A stretch of DNA of 64,000 bases from Eukaryota sp. GEM-RC1. Taxonomy: Eukaryota. Of the stretch, positions 26,801 to 38,683 are shown piece by piece. The stretch's first letter is position 1. Each line of letters opens with the position of its first letter. The notes under the pieces are model-generated. The model did no database searches. It was not told where the DNA came from and worked only from the letters and a program-made list of their open reading frames with translations. The DNA lies in NCBI GenBank assembly GCA_040285855.1, contig JAUFOQ010000005.1, forward strand, positions 1,054,001 to 1,118,000, read 5' to 3'. The position numbers and the translations under genes were made by a program.

Positions 26801-28841
26801 TCTTTGATACTAAATTGTCGTTTTATTTGTTGTTTTAATTGTTGTTTGATCAATACCTTGAAGTTGCGCTACTTTCTTTCTTGTCTTCACATGTACCTGA
26901 CAGTATTCTTTCAAGAATTCTTCATGTTACCCCTCACAGCCCCGTCATAGATGCATCTCCAACATCGTCCGTCACAGCTCTTGATCATATAAGATCATCT
27001 TTGGGATTACAGCTAGAAATGTAACTCTTCACATCAAAACCCTACACAATCTACGATGTAGATTGGTACACAATGAGAGGTCTTGTATCTACTTACACCC
27101 CATTCTCAACGAAAGCGGTCCCCAAAACAACATCTCTTGTGTTCTAAACCAATATAGTAAAACAGAATTAGATGAAACAACCGTTGTGTTTATGGGGAGA
27201 ACCAACAAGAAACTATTAGGGTTGTCCTGGTTAGATCCGGTTCACTCAATTTTTTGAACTTCTTTGGACCGTAATCGGTACATTTGATGTGAACCTAAAC
27301 TGGTTTGAACCAGTAATATATTAGCTGAACATCTGTATTTGGTCTTGTCCAATCTTTCGTCGATCATATGTAATATTGGACATGTGGAGGTCAACACACT
27401 GCTCTTTCTGTACTTTTGAATTAAACACTGATATACACACAGTTATATCTATTATGTATAGCGTATGTTTACATAGTTCCACCATAAACAGTTTTGAAGA
27501 CTACCATCGGCAGTCCGTAAAAGACATCAAAAGTAATGCATGTACAACTACATGTGCTCTTGAATTTGTGTATGATTTGTCCAGTGTACGATTCAGATAC
27601 TTAAGAACACTTTTATAGAATGTAAAACTGCTGTCAATGTTTATGTATTAAATTGTTTTCTCCCCATCACGATATAACTTCGAAAAGAAGTGTACAGAAG
27701 TACTTCCAATGTTACCAAGATTTGACAAATGAAAAGGAGTGAACTTACTGTCCATGAAGAATACATTTTTGCTAATTTATTTGGATTTTGTCAACATAGT
27801 CCTAGTCGTTTACAATATTTCAAAAACCACCAGTGCTATATTTGAGACAGTTGATTAACGTATTACTACAAGATGATCAGAAGAATCATTTAAACCGATT
27901 CCTTTTAGAAAGTAGTAAATGGGTCAACTTTAGTACAATCAACCAGCAATTATCCGTAAGATCATCATGACGAAAAAAAAGACGTTGTTTGTTATTGTGA
28001 TGCTTCAGAAGATGTCAATTTCACAACTAATGCATAAAGCTAATCGACTCAATTTCAAATAGAGATTTTTACCAATAAATTATCATTGATAAGGGCCATA
28101 CAAATCAATAACTACTCCATAATTACAGTAATTTAATCCTTTCGTAAAACACATTACGAAAGGCAAAATGTAGGATAGATCAGCATTGCAATAATTTCTT
28201 TCAATTAACAATTACATGATGATGTCGAAAAGAACAGTAGCTATTTATCTCTTGTTATTAACCCCGTCTAACGATCCGCTCAGCATCATTGCTATAGTTG
28301 AACTTTTTAGTCATGATATATATTCTTGTGTCGTTCATTCATTATTGGTGTCCTTTACATGCCAAAGTTAATGATTAATATAGAAGTATGTGTTGAATTC
28401 AGTGACAATGTTGGAGTTACGGATATCATTGGTGTACTTTGGGGGAGTTCGGTATATAGCTCTATAACAAAGGACTATAGAAAAACAGCACACAATTATA
28501 AACTCAATTTGACAGTTTCACATTATATATCGATGGAGGAATTAATCCAGTGATGTTAAAAAATATATTTTTTATTTCTTTATTTAATGTCAACCATAAT
28601 CTAAAGTAAATATAAAGGAGTTGAGAACCTGCCCAGTATGATCAAGTCATAATCAAAGGGATTCTTCCCAAAGAAAATTCATTGCTTGTCTTCCTTCATC
28701 AACACACTAGCAGTCTCATTTGTTTCAGTATTACAGTTAAAGCCCTTCAATTGAGTAACTCATATTGAATTAGAGGATACAACACATTCAAAACACGTTC
28801 ATGATTGTATATCGTGTCCAATTTCTTCATCAGTTTTCCAA

Positions 28842-29411
28842 ATGCAGGTTATTGCTTTAGCCTTGCTTACCATTGCTTTCGTAACAGCATGTAACTTTTC
28901 ATGTTTTCAGTCGTCTTGTAGAACTAGTGGAGGAATCAACAATCATTGTAATTGTGACCCATTCGTTGATAAAGGTACCACCATATATCATGCCTTTTGT
29001 ACAGCTACTGGTGCTACGTCTTGCGAGAAGACTGATGGCCGCACAGGGTGCAGTATTGAAGGAACAGCTGCTCGTTGTAAGCTTACAGGGCGTACCTCAG
29101 GTGCCACAACATGGTATTTCTCAGACTGTAGTGCTACCAATGCTCCTCGTTGCTCTCAAACTCTTTTTGATTCCAATTGTGAAATTATAGGAGAGAACTC
29201 GTGGTGTTACACAGAATTCTTAAACTGGAAAGGAAATACTTGGTTTGTTCCTCAATGCAGGGCTCAGAATGCTTTACAGTGCTCTATCAAATGTGGATCT
29301 TCTAGCTGCAATCAGGATTGTACTGGCACTGGAAAAGGGGCAGCATGCAACTGCCGTGTTATTAGTACAAGTCATGAAGCTATTTTGACTGCCCGCTGTG
29401 TTTGTTTGTAG
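28842..29411 (+). CDS. Secreted cysteine-rich repeat protein, 189 aa, 22 Cys
   Basis: Intact ORF; signal-peptide-like MQVIALALLTIAFVTA; ~43-aa repeats with C-x7-C-x8-C-x8-C spacing (CTATGATSC / CSATNAPRC / CRAQNALQC). Confidence 0.88.
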   Translation: MQVIALALLTIAFVTACNFSCFQSSCRTSGGINNHCNCDPFVDKGTTIYHAFCTATGATSCEKTDGRTGCSIEGTAARCKLTGRTSGATTWYFSDCSATNAPRCSQTLFDSNCEIIGENSWCYTEFLNWKGNTWFVPQCRAQNALQCSIKCGSSSCNQDCTGTGKGAACNCRVISTSHEAILTARCVCL

Positions 29412-29499
29412 TTCTTGTGTGTTATGAGATACCTTATCATTGATACTGGTTGGATACGGATGGAAGGTAAATGATGTTTATAAAAAATGGGGTTAACTC

Positions 29500-30079
29500 C
29501 AGGTTTCACTAAAGTGATAAAGTGACTTTACTTTACTTTAAAGTTTTGCAAAAGCAAAGTAACAGACCTCAAACTTGTTTATTTTGCATTCTCAGCACTG
29601 TAAATAACTCTCTTACACCAGTATAACATGTTCTATCATAGGTAATCAACAAAAACGCAAAACAAAAAACGATATAAAGTTGTTTCTTGCAGAAACTTTT
29701 TCAACCAAGATCCATTATTCAAACGTCAGGTCACTTCAATGCATCAATCAGTATCTGATAGTTCGAGATTGTCCCCTATAAACACAGAAACCAGTTCATC
29801 TCCGATACACCATTCTTTATGTCTCTTCAGTTTTGGATAACTCTCGGCCCTTTTACCTACTGGTATCCGTTGCTCGGAGTTGAGTGAAGTCATGTGTACA
29901 TGGGATCGTAAATTGAATAAGAAAACTTAAGAGAGAAAGTTGTGAAAAGAGGATTGAGATCAGGTCAAACTTTATTGACCTTAAAGTTACTTTTTGCTGA
30001 AGCAAAGCAAAGCTTAAAGTAAAGAAGATTACTTTACTTTACTTTAATTTGGAATTTTGGACTACTTTAGTGAAGCCTG
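29500..30079. mobile_element. hAT-type MITE (580 bp)
   Basis: TIRs CAGGTTTCACTAAAGT / ACTTTAGTGAAGCCTG; exact TSD GTTAACTC (29492-29499, 30080-30087); ACTTT/AAAGT subterminal repeats. Confidence 0.92.
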
Positions 30080-30086
30080 GTTAACT

Positions 30087-30721
30087 CAGGGATGTTAAAA
30101 AATATTTTTTTTATTTATCTATTGTCAACAGTTGGATCACCAATATATTTATTGGTTCAGTCGGCAATATGCAATAATATTCCAATACATTTCAATAATG
30201 TGACAATATTTTTTCATGCTAAATTGTAGTGTTTTCATTTGCAAATATCAAACTTTCTTCAAACAGCTCGTACAACTTTGTCTCAATTTTGTAAGATATG
30301 ATACAAACAGTTAATCATACTGTTATGAATCAAAATGACTAAAGATTTTTGTTGTTCGAAAGATTGTTCAGTCGTACATAGCTTACTACTGGCACTCTTG
30401 GATCACGTTTGCACCCTGCAAGCCTTGAGAAACAGTTACTATTACTGTACAACTCGCAACTTTGACATGAAAATAGTATTCGAAGAATTTCTATCCACAG
30501 TCCTTGTCAAGATTTGTTGCTTCAAGATGGGGATGTGATGGACGAAGAGTACACTGTCTTACTACATTAGAAATATTTTCTCCGATTGATCATAAACCCT
30601 TTTTTTCTACATTATACTAGTACTAGAGATATTAGCAACAAATATATGTCTTTATTGTGGTGTTGACAATATCAATATATTTATTGTGAACCCACACAAT
30701 ATTATATATATAACATCCCTG
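30087..30721. mobile_element. hAT-type MITE (635 bp) forming the right part of the composite element
   Basis: TIRs CAGGGATGTTA / TAACATCCCTG; AATAT subterminal repeats; its own flanks do not form a TSD. Confidence 0.8.
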
Positions 30722-31085
30722 AATTTATCCCGCTATTGAAACAGTCATATTGCATTTGAGACGACATTATAACTAGCAATACTAGTACAGTAATAGAACT
30801 CAAACCGATTAATTTTATTATAAGTTAACTGCAGAAAGAAATCGTGTTAACGCGATTTCATAATATAATCAAACCTAGATTCATAAATAAATTAATGAAA
30901 CACTAAAAAGTAGACAAATAGGGATTTGCCGCAAAGAGAACATATATTACATACAACTGAATCAAAGTGTTGGTGGCCTAAAAGACCGAACAATCAATTC
31001 CTGGATATACTTCCGATCATCATTCTCCTTAAGCCCAACTCGTTGCGGAAGGAAGGAATCAGACGATTCTTGTTTCATCTTCTGA

Positions 31086-32280
31086 CTAGTAACAAAAGCC
31101 GAAGATTTTCTCTTCGCTGGTACATCCGGAGTAACGTTCACTTCGGCTTTCTGAACAGGGGGGAGCAGCAGTGGCAGTTGTATCAGGAGACTCTTCCTCT
31201 ACTAAAGAAGACCGTGTGGGAATTGTTCTAGCAGAAACCCTTTGTGGACGACGACTTACTCGAGTGGACCTAGAAGCCGGCGAAGGTTGTTTTTGTGGCT
31301 TAGAGGGAGAAGGAACTGGTTCAATAGGGGTCATTTCGGACTCAGGTTCAACAGGCTCGTTTTCATCTAGATCTAGTACATCATAAAAGGTCTGGAACTC
31401 AAAATCATCATCTAGTATACGCGGGGGCATTTCCGTTTTCTTAAGACGGCGTTGAGATCCTACAAACTTCAAACCCTCGGGAGAACCAAAGTTAACACCA
31501 ATAGAAGTGAATGCATCTCGTCCTACATCAGTTAGTGTATACTTACCATTGGTCTTCAGCACTATAGCGGGATTATGATCTAGAGTTTGATTTATGCAGT
31601 GTTGCCAGCTTGGAGTCAAGTCTGAGCAACGTTTGGGAGTTAGGGTGCTACGGTTGACGATTGGAATGTTCCTGACGGCACAATAGAGAAAGTTCAGAGA
31701 AATGGCATTATCATAGAACCTGGAAACAAGAGAAGACCAGTTCAGCAAAGGAAAGGAAAAACCAATTTGGAGGGAGATAGGCCTGGAACACTAGGTGGCG
31801 AGGGAGAGTGGTAACATCCTGACTCTTGAGAGACAGCTGATCAGTGGGAGATTCTGGTTCCTGCTGGGCGACTTCAGCAACTTCGGTGGTTTCTTCAGCA
31901 ACCGGCTCCTCCTCTACTACAGGCTTGTCACTGCGCAGACGGGGCGAGCTGCGCGTCTCTCGAGAGCGGAGAGAAGGATAACTATCGGTACTTTGAGTGG
32001 GCAGACGCTTCAAAACCGTATCAACCTTCTTTTCCAATGCTTTCATTCTCGTTGAAAGAGAGTTTTCAAAGTAGTTGAGATGTTCAATGATCATATTGTT
32101 TAAATCAGAAGCGGTGATAGAAGGCACGCTAGTATTCGAAGACTGGCTATGATTGGTCAAAGAACAGGGTCCATTGGTCAAACCGGGTTCAGTTACCCGT
32201 GAATGTTCCGCTAACAGCGCCGAGACTTCATCATCAACTGAACCATGCTTTCGAAGTTTAGCTGGAGGATGTAGGGACAT
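31086..32280 (-). CDS. Hypothetical protein (coiled coil plus possible winged-helix-like segment), split in two ORFs
   Basis: ORFs 31711..32280 and 31086..31748 join by either one extra T or a 43-nt GT..CAG intron (31720-31762); contains WQHCINQTL..NGKYTLTDVG. Confidence 0.65.
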
Positions 32281-32899
32281 CAGCTAATTGCTTATAGATG
32301 TCAAATATAAGTGAACCGTTTAGATCACTGAAAGCGAAAATTATATGAGAGCCCTTTGAAACTTCTTTCTTCAACATTTCATATCAATATGAATCATGTT
32401 TATCACAGCGTTCATGTTGCGGCTTTACAGTCATCCACACTTTTTGCAAGTGAGCAATTCATGTCTCGTTTTTTTGTTTTTCTGTATGGTCTGGAATTTT
32501 GAACACTATGTTTCTTGTCATTGATCACATGTTGATTTTCAAGCAGACACTTGTGGTATCGAGCACCTTCCTAAGTTGATCATAATTGGAGTGTTTTTGT
32601 GATAACCACATGCGTTGCATTACTATTGATCAACAACAACCCTATTGATTACATCTAAAGTATGATAGTGAAAGATAATCACTTTGGAAACTATCCTAGA
32701 TTGGAGAATCGAAATCCATGTTCAGTCAAAACTGTTTATTTTTTCTGGGACTATATGAACCTACGTTTTACAGAGTTTCACGATTTAAACAGTTTTGACT
32801 GTACATCAATACTTGATCATTTTCACTAGACGATAAACAAATTCTTGCTCTCAGTGTTTCGAGTCCTACTATTGAATTCTTCTACATTATGGGCATTAG

Positions 32900-33253
32900 C
32901 TAAGCTATGATTCTTCCATAACATGGAATATCACCAATCTCGATATTCAAATTTTTGACGAATGGCAATTTCAATGTTCCAGATGTTTGAACATATCTAA
33001 ATTTTAAAGAGTTGATATTCATTTGAGTGACTTTTTCATAAAATGTTTCGTAATCTTCTATAGAATATTGGAATATGATATTCATTTCTACATTCTTTAA
33101 TTTTGAGAAATCATCATATGGATTCAGACTTACTTGTTTAGATTTCAGATTTGAGTTCAAGAAAGCATTGTATTCATCTTCTTGAATGCTTAATAGATTT
33201 AAGTGAATTTCCAAATGCAAATAATTTGACAAAAATTTTTCAATCTCATACAT
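32900..33253 (-). pseudogene. Probable gene fragment of unknown function
   Basis: 117-aa ORF with protein-like composition; no recognisable motif. Confidence 0.25.
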
Positions 33254-33327
33254 TGTTTGTCTTGTATGATAATTGTGAAGGTGGTAACATTTTTTAGTCT
33301 ACTGCATCAATTTCAAACATATGGTTG

Positions 33328-33382
33328 ATATTTTTCTTGTCAAGTCATAAGCAATATTTTTCTTGTCAAGTCATACGCAATA
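33328..33382. repeat. 26-bp tandem duplication
   Basis: ATATTTTTCTTGTCAAGTCATA(A/C)GCA x2. Confidence 0.8.
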
Positions 33383-34162
33383 CTTGAAATAGGAACATTC
33401 ATAACTGTAGCACCTTTCCATGTTTGTTTGCATGACTTTATCTCCACTGAAACAAAAAATTGAAAATAGAAGAGATAAATCCATTATTTTCCTTACCCTG
33501 AACAAAGCGAGTCTACATCATGTACTTATCTACAACAATAATGACATCTACAAGTAATGTTTTGGTATATCTGAAAACAATTTTTTGAAGAACGTGCTTG
33601 AATGTTCATTGATTAACAGCAATGTGAATGATAAACCTTGATAGATGCATTTACAATAGAGTTTTGAAAGCCTGCTAGTATTGACGTTATACTGTCTCAA
33701 ATCAGAGTCAGGACTAGGGAATGAGTGTTGTGCATAATTTTGGTGTGCGAATCTTTAGAAAAGTGAGAACTTCGAAAAAACGATCCCTCCAAGAACAACA
33801 ATGTATGTAACTTGGGTTTAAGATTCAATTACAACTATTACAATAATATTATTTGTCCAGGATCAATAAAGTCAGCATCACACATTCTTTAAAAAATCAT
33901 TCTTATAATACATATATTGCAAAAATATACAAAAAATGAATAAAACACATATGACAAACAATAACATAATACTTCAACAGCGTATGGCGAGTGAACCCAG
34001 CGTTTTCCCACATCAAGTTCGACTAGTAGATTAGAACAAATTGACCAGAAACTGCATGAATAAAGGAACTGGCAAGATCCTCTGAAAGTTCTCAGGAGAA
34101 TGTAATCAACTCAACAAGAGCTATTAAAAAAACAGGTCATCTACAATCAAGTTAATAGCCAA

Positions 34163-36374
34163 TCAATCAGACTCTGACCCTGAATCAATGGATAACAGGT
34201 GTAAAAGTTGACAGTATCCTTGAGTGAACCATGAAGAGTCTGTACCAAACAATTGCGGACAAAAAGAACTAAGGTCAAAATCTCTGGTAAAACAATGGTC
34301 AGCAGTAGGAGAATCAAAGAACAAAATCAATTTTAATTGATTGGGGAGTGGAATAAGATGGGAATATAGATAACCTAGACTAGGGAGATTGAGAACTTCT
34401 TTCAAATTAGAAATAGAAGTACAAAACTGATGGGAAAAATCAAGTGGTTCGTCTTCGTCTGTATCATCAGTTAACGGTTCAATCAATTCTGATGACGAAG
34501 AATCATTGGACTTAATCCAATCAAATTCATTTGAATTAGGCAAGTTACTGGAAATCAAAGTGATTGGAATGCAATCACGGTCTCGAGGGTCGACAATTAA
34601 TTGTTGATTCATTACTCCCGTCAAGATCCCCAAATAACCCAAATAGAGACCTGGTTTTAAATCATTAAAGAAAATTGAATGACGGAACCAATCAAAAGTG
34701 ATTGAAAGCATACGATTACCCTTGACTGGATCACGATTGAGTGCCGATAAATTTTGAAAAGGGGTAGAATTTAGATAATTTTGGTAAAACACGTGCTCGA
34801 ACTCAGAAAACTTGTCGGATTTTAGGACCGAATAACTCAATGACTGAGAGAAATTTGAAACATTAGCAACAACAAAGATTGCCTTGGAATTAATTTTGGG
34901 TAAATTGAAAACAAAATCAAATGGCAGAAGTTTTTTAATTTTAAAAAGTGAAGAGAATTTGTCACATGTTTTGGATAAACTGGCAAAAAAAATCAGAAGG
35001 ATAGTCTCTTCTAGTATTAAAGTTATTGATAAAATCTTTGAAATCCGGATGATTGGAATCAAAGTCATTAGGGTCGAGATCAGAAATTTCTAATTTTTCA
35101 AAAATTACTTGATTATTTCGAAGAATTAACTGGTCCTTAAAAACAGGAAGGAAACCGACAATGATTGAACTCGAAGGAAATTTTGTCTGACAGCTGAATG
35201 ATGATTGCAATGAATTCAGCCTTTTGGCAAGAATTTCTTTTAAACTTTGAGATTCTGGGTTTTTTACGGGCAATGAAGAGATCAAAACATCAGAATCAAT
35301 AGTTAATTTAGATGAATCGTGGAAAAAATCAACATAAGTCTTGGCACGATCATTCAGATCCGGAGAATTCTCATTTTTAATAATAGTAGCCACTGCTGAA
35401 AGATTAAATAAATGAGATTTGGAAATTTCATAATCAAAAGAGTCGTAATCAAATTCGATTTCGATTTTGAATTTTTCTGGATTTGTCCAATCCTCCAAAT
35501 CTTTAAATTTCCATGAAAAATCCGCAAGAGTAAAAGCATCAATAAACGAAAAATCTGATTTGTCGACTTTCATCAAAAACCATGTTCCAAAATGATCACG
35601 AACAAAACCAATCAAATAGTCGACTGATTGACAATCAAGGACAAAAATAGTAGACAAACCACAATTACCTGGAAAATTGAAAAACTCTTCATTCAACTTA
35701 TGACACAACTCACATAATTCAATTTCTTCATTTTTTAAAATTTGCTCAGACGCCTCCCGCACTTTCTTGTTCTCTTTCTTCTTCTTCGAAATCTTCCATT
35801 TCCTTAATTTTGATATTTGAGCTGATGCAAACGCAAACTTGTTCACACTAAAACAGATTCCATCATCACCTTTGTTGAGCACTGCTTGGGCCTTTTCAAT
35901 AAGAGATTCTACATCAATCTCATCGGGGGGATCCAAGACTTCATCGTCACTGCTGTCTTCGTGGTCAGAATCAGAGGCAGACGAAGATATAGGGTGGGAA
36001 TCGTCTCCTGAAGAGACTAAGTCTTTATCAGAATCAGTTAGGTCATCGTTGATATCTGACGGAGATGAGGACTTATGGGATTCGTTTTCATCTACTGAAG
36101 AGGAACTGTGAACTGACTCATCCGATGAGAGCTCTGGTTGAGAAGAATTTGAAGGATCACTAGAAAGAGATGAGTTAGGTTGAATATCTACATCAGGAGG
36201 TGGAGTAAGTGGTGCAGAATCAACCACAGATGAAGAAAGGGAAGGATCTTTAGCAGAAGGAGGATCGTTAAGAGATTGAGTGGAGGACTTGCCTCGGATA
36301 GAACTAGCACCACCACGTCCTCGAAGAGAAGAAGAACCTCTACTGCCTCTACTACCTCTACCTCGAACCGGCAT
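34163..36374 (-). CDS. RG-rich N-terminus, Ser/Asp low-complexity linker and unknown conserved domain; paralogue of 59232-62579
   Basis: ORFs 34962..36374 and 34163..35068 join at a T8 run; ~34290-35740 is nearly identical to ~60070-61510. Confidence 0.8.
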
Positions 36375-36763
36375 TTGAAAAGATTTAATGATTCAACACA
36401 TGCTACAATCGCACCCAGTACTGTGATTTACCCTGAGCTGCTCTTTGATTCCCTGTCACTGTTCAGATGAATTTAATACAGTCTTAATTCAGTCATCAAA
36501 CCATATCATCGAAACTATATAAGAAGGATCAAAAAGCTCCAGGTACATTGTAACACACAAATACACATATGAGCTTCACTAATGTTGTCATTTTCTGGAA
36601 GAAACTGACTAAATAATCTTAGTGGCTTGTTGTTGAAAACTAACTTGTGAATCTGTCAACAATTCAAGCTTAACATTATTAGAAAGAATTGTGTAAAACT
36701 ATAATACAAATGTACATGAAGTACATTAAATAAGAACAATGCATACTTCCAGTTTGCTTTTTA

Positions 36764-38293
36764 ATGCATCACACCAATTCCCCTTTGAAGCATCTGAAGC
36801 AGAAAAGTCCATGTGAATTAAAGGAAACTCTGTCAATTGCTGACAATGATGTGTGCGATCCTGCTCCGTCTTCTTGTATCTCCACCACCAGCCCGAGTTC
36901 CACATCTTTCTTTCTTTCGTCTCCCAGACATATACGTCTTCAACAATCTTTGGTTATACTGGTCAATCTTAACCTTCTCAGACGTCTTCTAAAGTCTTCT
37001 ATGGCTGATGAATTTGACAGTGATCCGCTTTGTTTGAAAGAACAGTTGCGTACCCTCGTACAACAAGTTGGATATGTGAGTCAAAGTTTCTTCGAATCAA
37101 CACTTTTAGCTGTCAACAGGTATTTCCAATCAAACATGTTTTATGCTGGTCCTGAAGAGCTCAATCAATTGACTTCAATTGCTTCTGTGTTTAAATCAAA
37201 TGTTCAATCTGTTTTTTTACACGTTGACAGGATTTTTAAAGTTGAAGATTTTATTAGTAATTCTCGCATTATTTCAGGATTAAAATTCAAATTAGAGAAT
37301 CAGAATGACTTGGAGTTTGTGCAGAATTCGTTGTATCTCTTTCCACGTCTTACTCAACTCCATGTTACCGTTGCAGCTTCTGTTTGTATGTTGCTGTTCG
37401 AAAAATTGAAGGTTAATACTACAGTTACAAATCTTGATCTAGGTGTAAGTTCTATTGGAGATGAAGGTGCTAAAGTGTTAGCAGATGTGTTAAGAGTTAA
37501 TACTTCAGTTACAGGTATTAATTTGATTGTCAACTCTATTGGAGCTGATGGTGCTAGAGCATTAGCAGATGCTTTAAAAGTTAATGCTACAGTTACAAAT
37601 CTTGATTTGACTGTGAACTCTATTGGAGATGAAGGTGCTAGAGCTTTTGCAGATGTGTTAAAAGTTAATGATGCGATAGCAAGTATTAATTTGAGTGGAA
37701 ACTCTATTGGAATTGAAGGTACTAAAGCATTGGCTGAGATGTTAAAAGTTAATACTGCATTGATGAGTATTGATTTGACTGTCAACTCTATTGGAGTTGA
37801 AGGTGCTAGAGCATTGGCAGAAGCGTTGAAAGTTAATACTACCTTGAAAAATATTTATCTGCAAAGAAACTGTATTCAAAATGAAGGTGCTAGTGCATTG
37901 GCAGATGTCTTATATTGCAATGCTACCATCACAAGTATTGACATGTGGGACAACTCTATTGGAGTTGAAGGTGCCAGGGCTTTAGCAGAGATGTTGAAAG
38001 TTAATAATACAATTACCAACATCGGTCTAGGTAGAAACTATATTAGAGATGAAGGTATTATGGCCTTGTCAGAAGCGTTAAAAGTTAATGTTACTTTGGA
38101 CAGACTAGATGTCAGAACTAATTCTATAGGGGTTGAAGGTGCTAGATCATTGGTAGAGGCGTTAAAAATCAATAGAACTGTTACTAAAATTGATCTACAA
38201 CAAAATGCAATTGGTGATCAAGGAATTTCACTGTTGCAAGGCGTGTCAAAGTTCAATGACAAAGTTGAAATTTTGGGAATATCTTTATCATAA
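36764..38293 (+). CDS. Ribonuclease-inhibitor-type (NLRC3-like) leucine-rich-repeat protein
   Basis: About ten 28-aa repeats LKVNxTVTxLDLxxNSIGxEGAxALAxA; intact 509-aa ORF; no NACHT domain. Confidence 0.9.
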   Translation: MHHTNSPLKHLKQKSPCELKETLSIADNDVCDPAPSSCISTTSPSSTSFFLSSPRHIRLQQSLVILVNLNLLRRLLKSSMADEFDSDPLCLKEQLRTLVQQVGYVSQSFFESTLLAVNRYFQSNMFYAGPEELNQLTSIASVFKSNVQSVFLHVDRIFKVEDFISNSRIISGLKFKLENQNDLEFVQNSLYLFPRLTQLHVTVAASVCMLLFEKLKVNTTVTNLDLGVSSIGDEGAKVLADVLRVNTSVTGINLIVNSIGADGARALADALKVNATVTNLDLTVNSIGDEGARAFADVLKVNDAIASINLSGNSIGIEGTKALAEMLKVNTALMSIDLTVNSIGVEGARALAEALKVNTTLKNIYLQRNCIQNEGASALADVLYCNATITSIDMWDNSIGVEGARALAEMLKVNNTITNIGLGRNYIRDEGIMALSEALKVNVTLDRLDVRTNSIGVEGARSLVEALKINRTVTKIDLQQNAIGDQGISLLQGVSKFNDKVEILGISLS

Positions 38294-38683
38294 TTGTAAT
38301 TTTAAATATCTGTTTCAATGTGCGTGTTTCATTCTTCTTTAGCTTCCTTTTTCCATCGAAGTATTGGACTTTGATGACGTATTTACTAGTCTTTCGTTGA
38401 TATATTTTCAAAAATTTTAACAGATGTTGAAAGATGTCACATTTGTAACATTATTCAGATCTTATCTCCTTCATTATTGTTATTTCCATCTGTAAACTTT
38501 TTCTGATGAGGATTGTACAAACCGTTATTTTTATCCTCTTTGTCAATTCAAATTTTTGTATGTTCTCTATCTTACTAGTAGATCAATTTATGCATTTATT
38601 GATAAATAACATTTTGTAAGATGAAACAAAATACTAGAAAAAAATAACACTCACAAAATATTTGTAAAAACAATAAACAAATC

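Larger units (their letters stand above)
28548..30721. mobile_element. Composite/Pack-hAT-like element enclosing the Cys-rich gene
   Basis: Left end CAGTGATGTTAAAAAATAT (28548), right end TAACATCCCTG (30721); flanks AATTAATC (28540-28547) and AATTTATC (30722-30729), a 7/8 TSD match. Confidence 0.65.

Noticed and set aside
33979..34030. tRNA or SINE head (TGGCGAGTG...GTTCGA)
   Set aside because: No cloverleaf stems could be formed.
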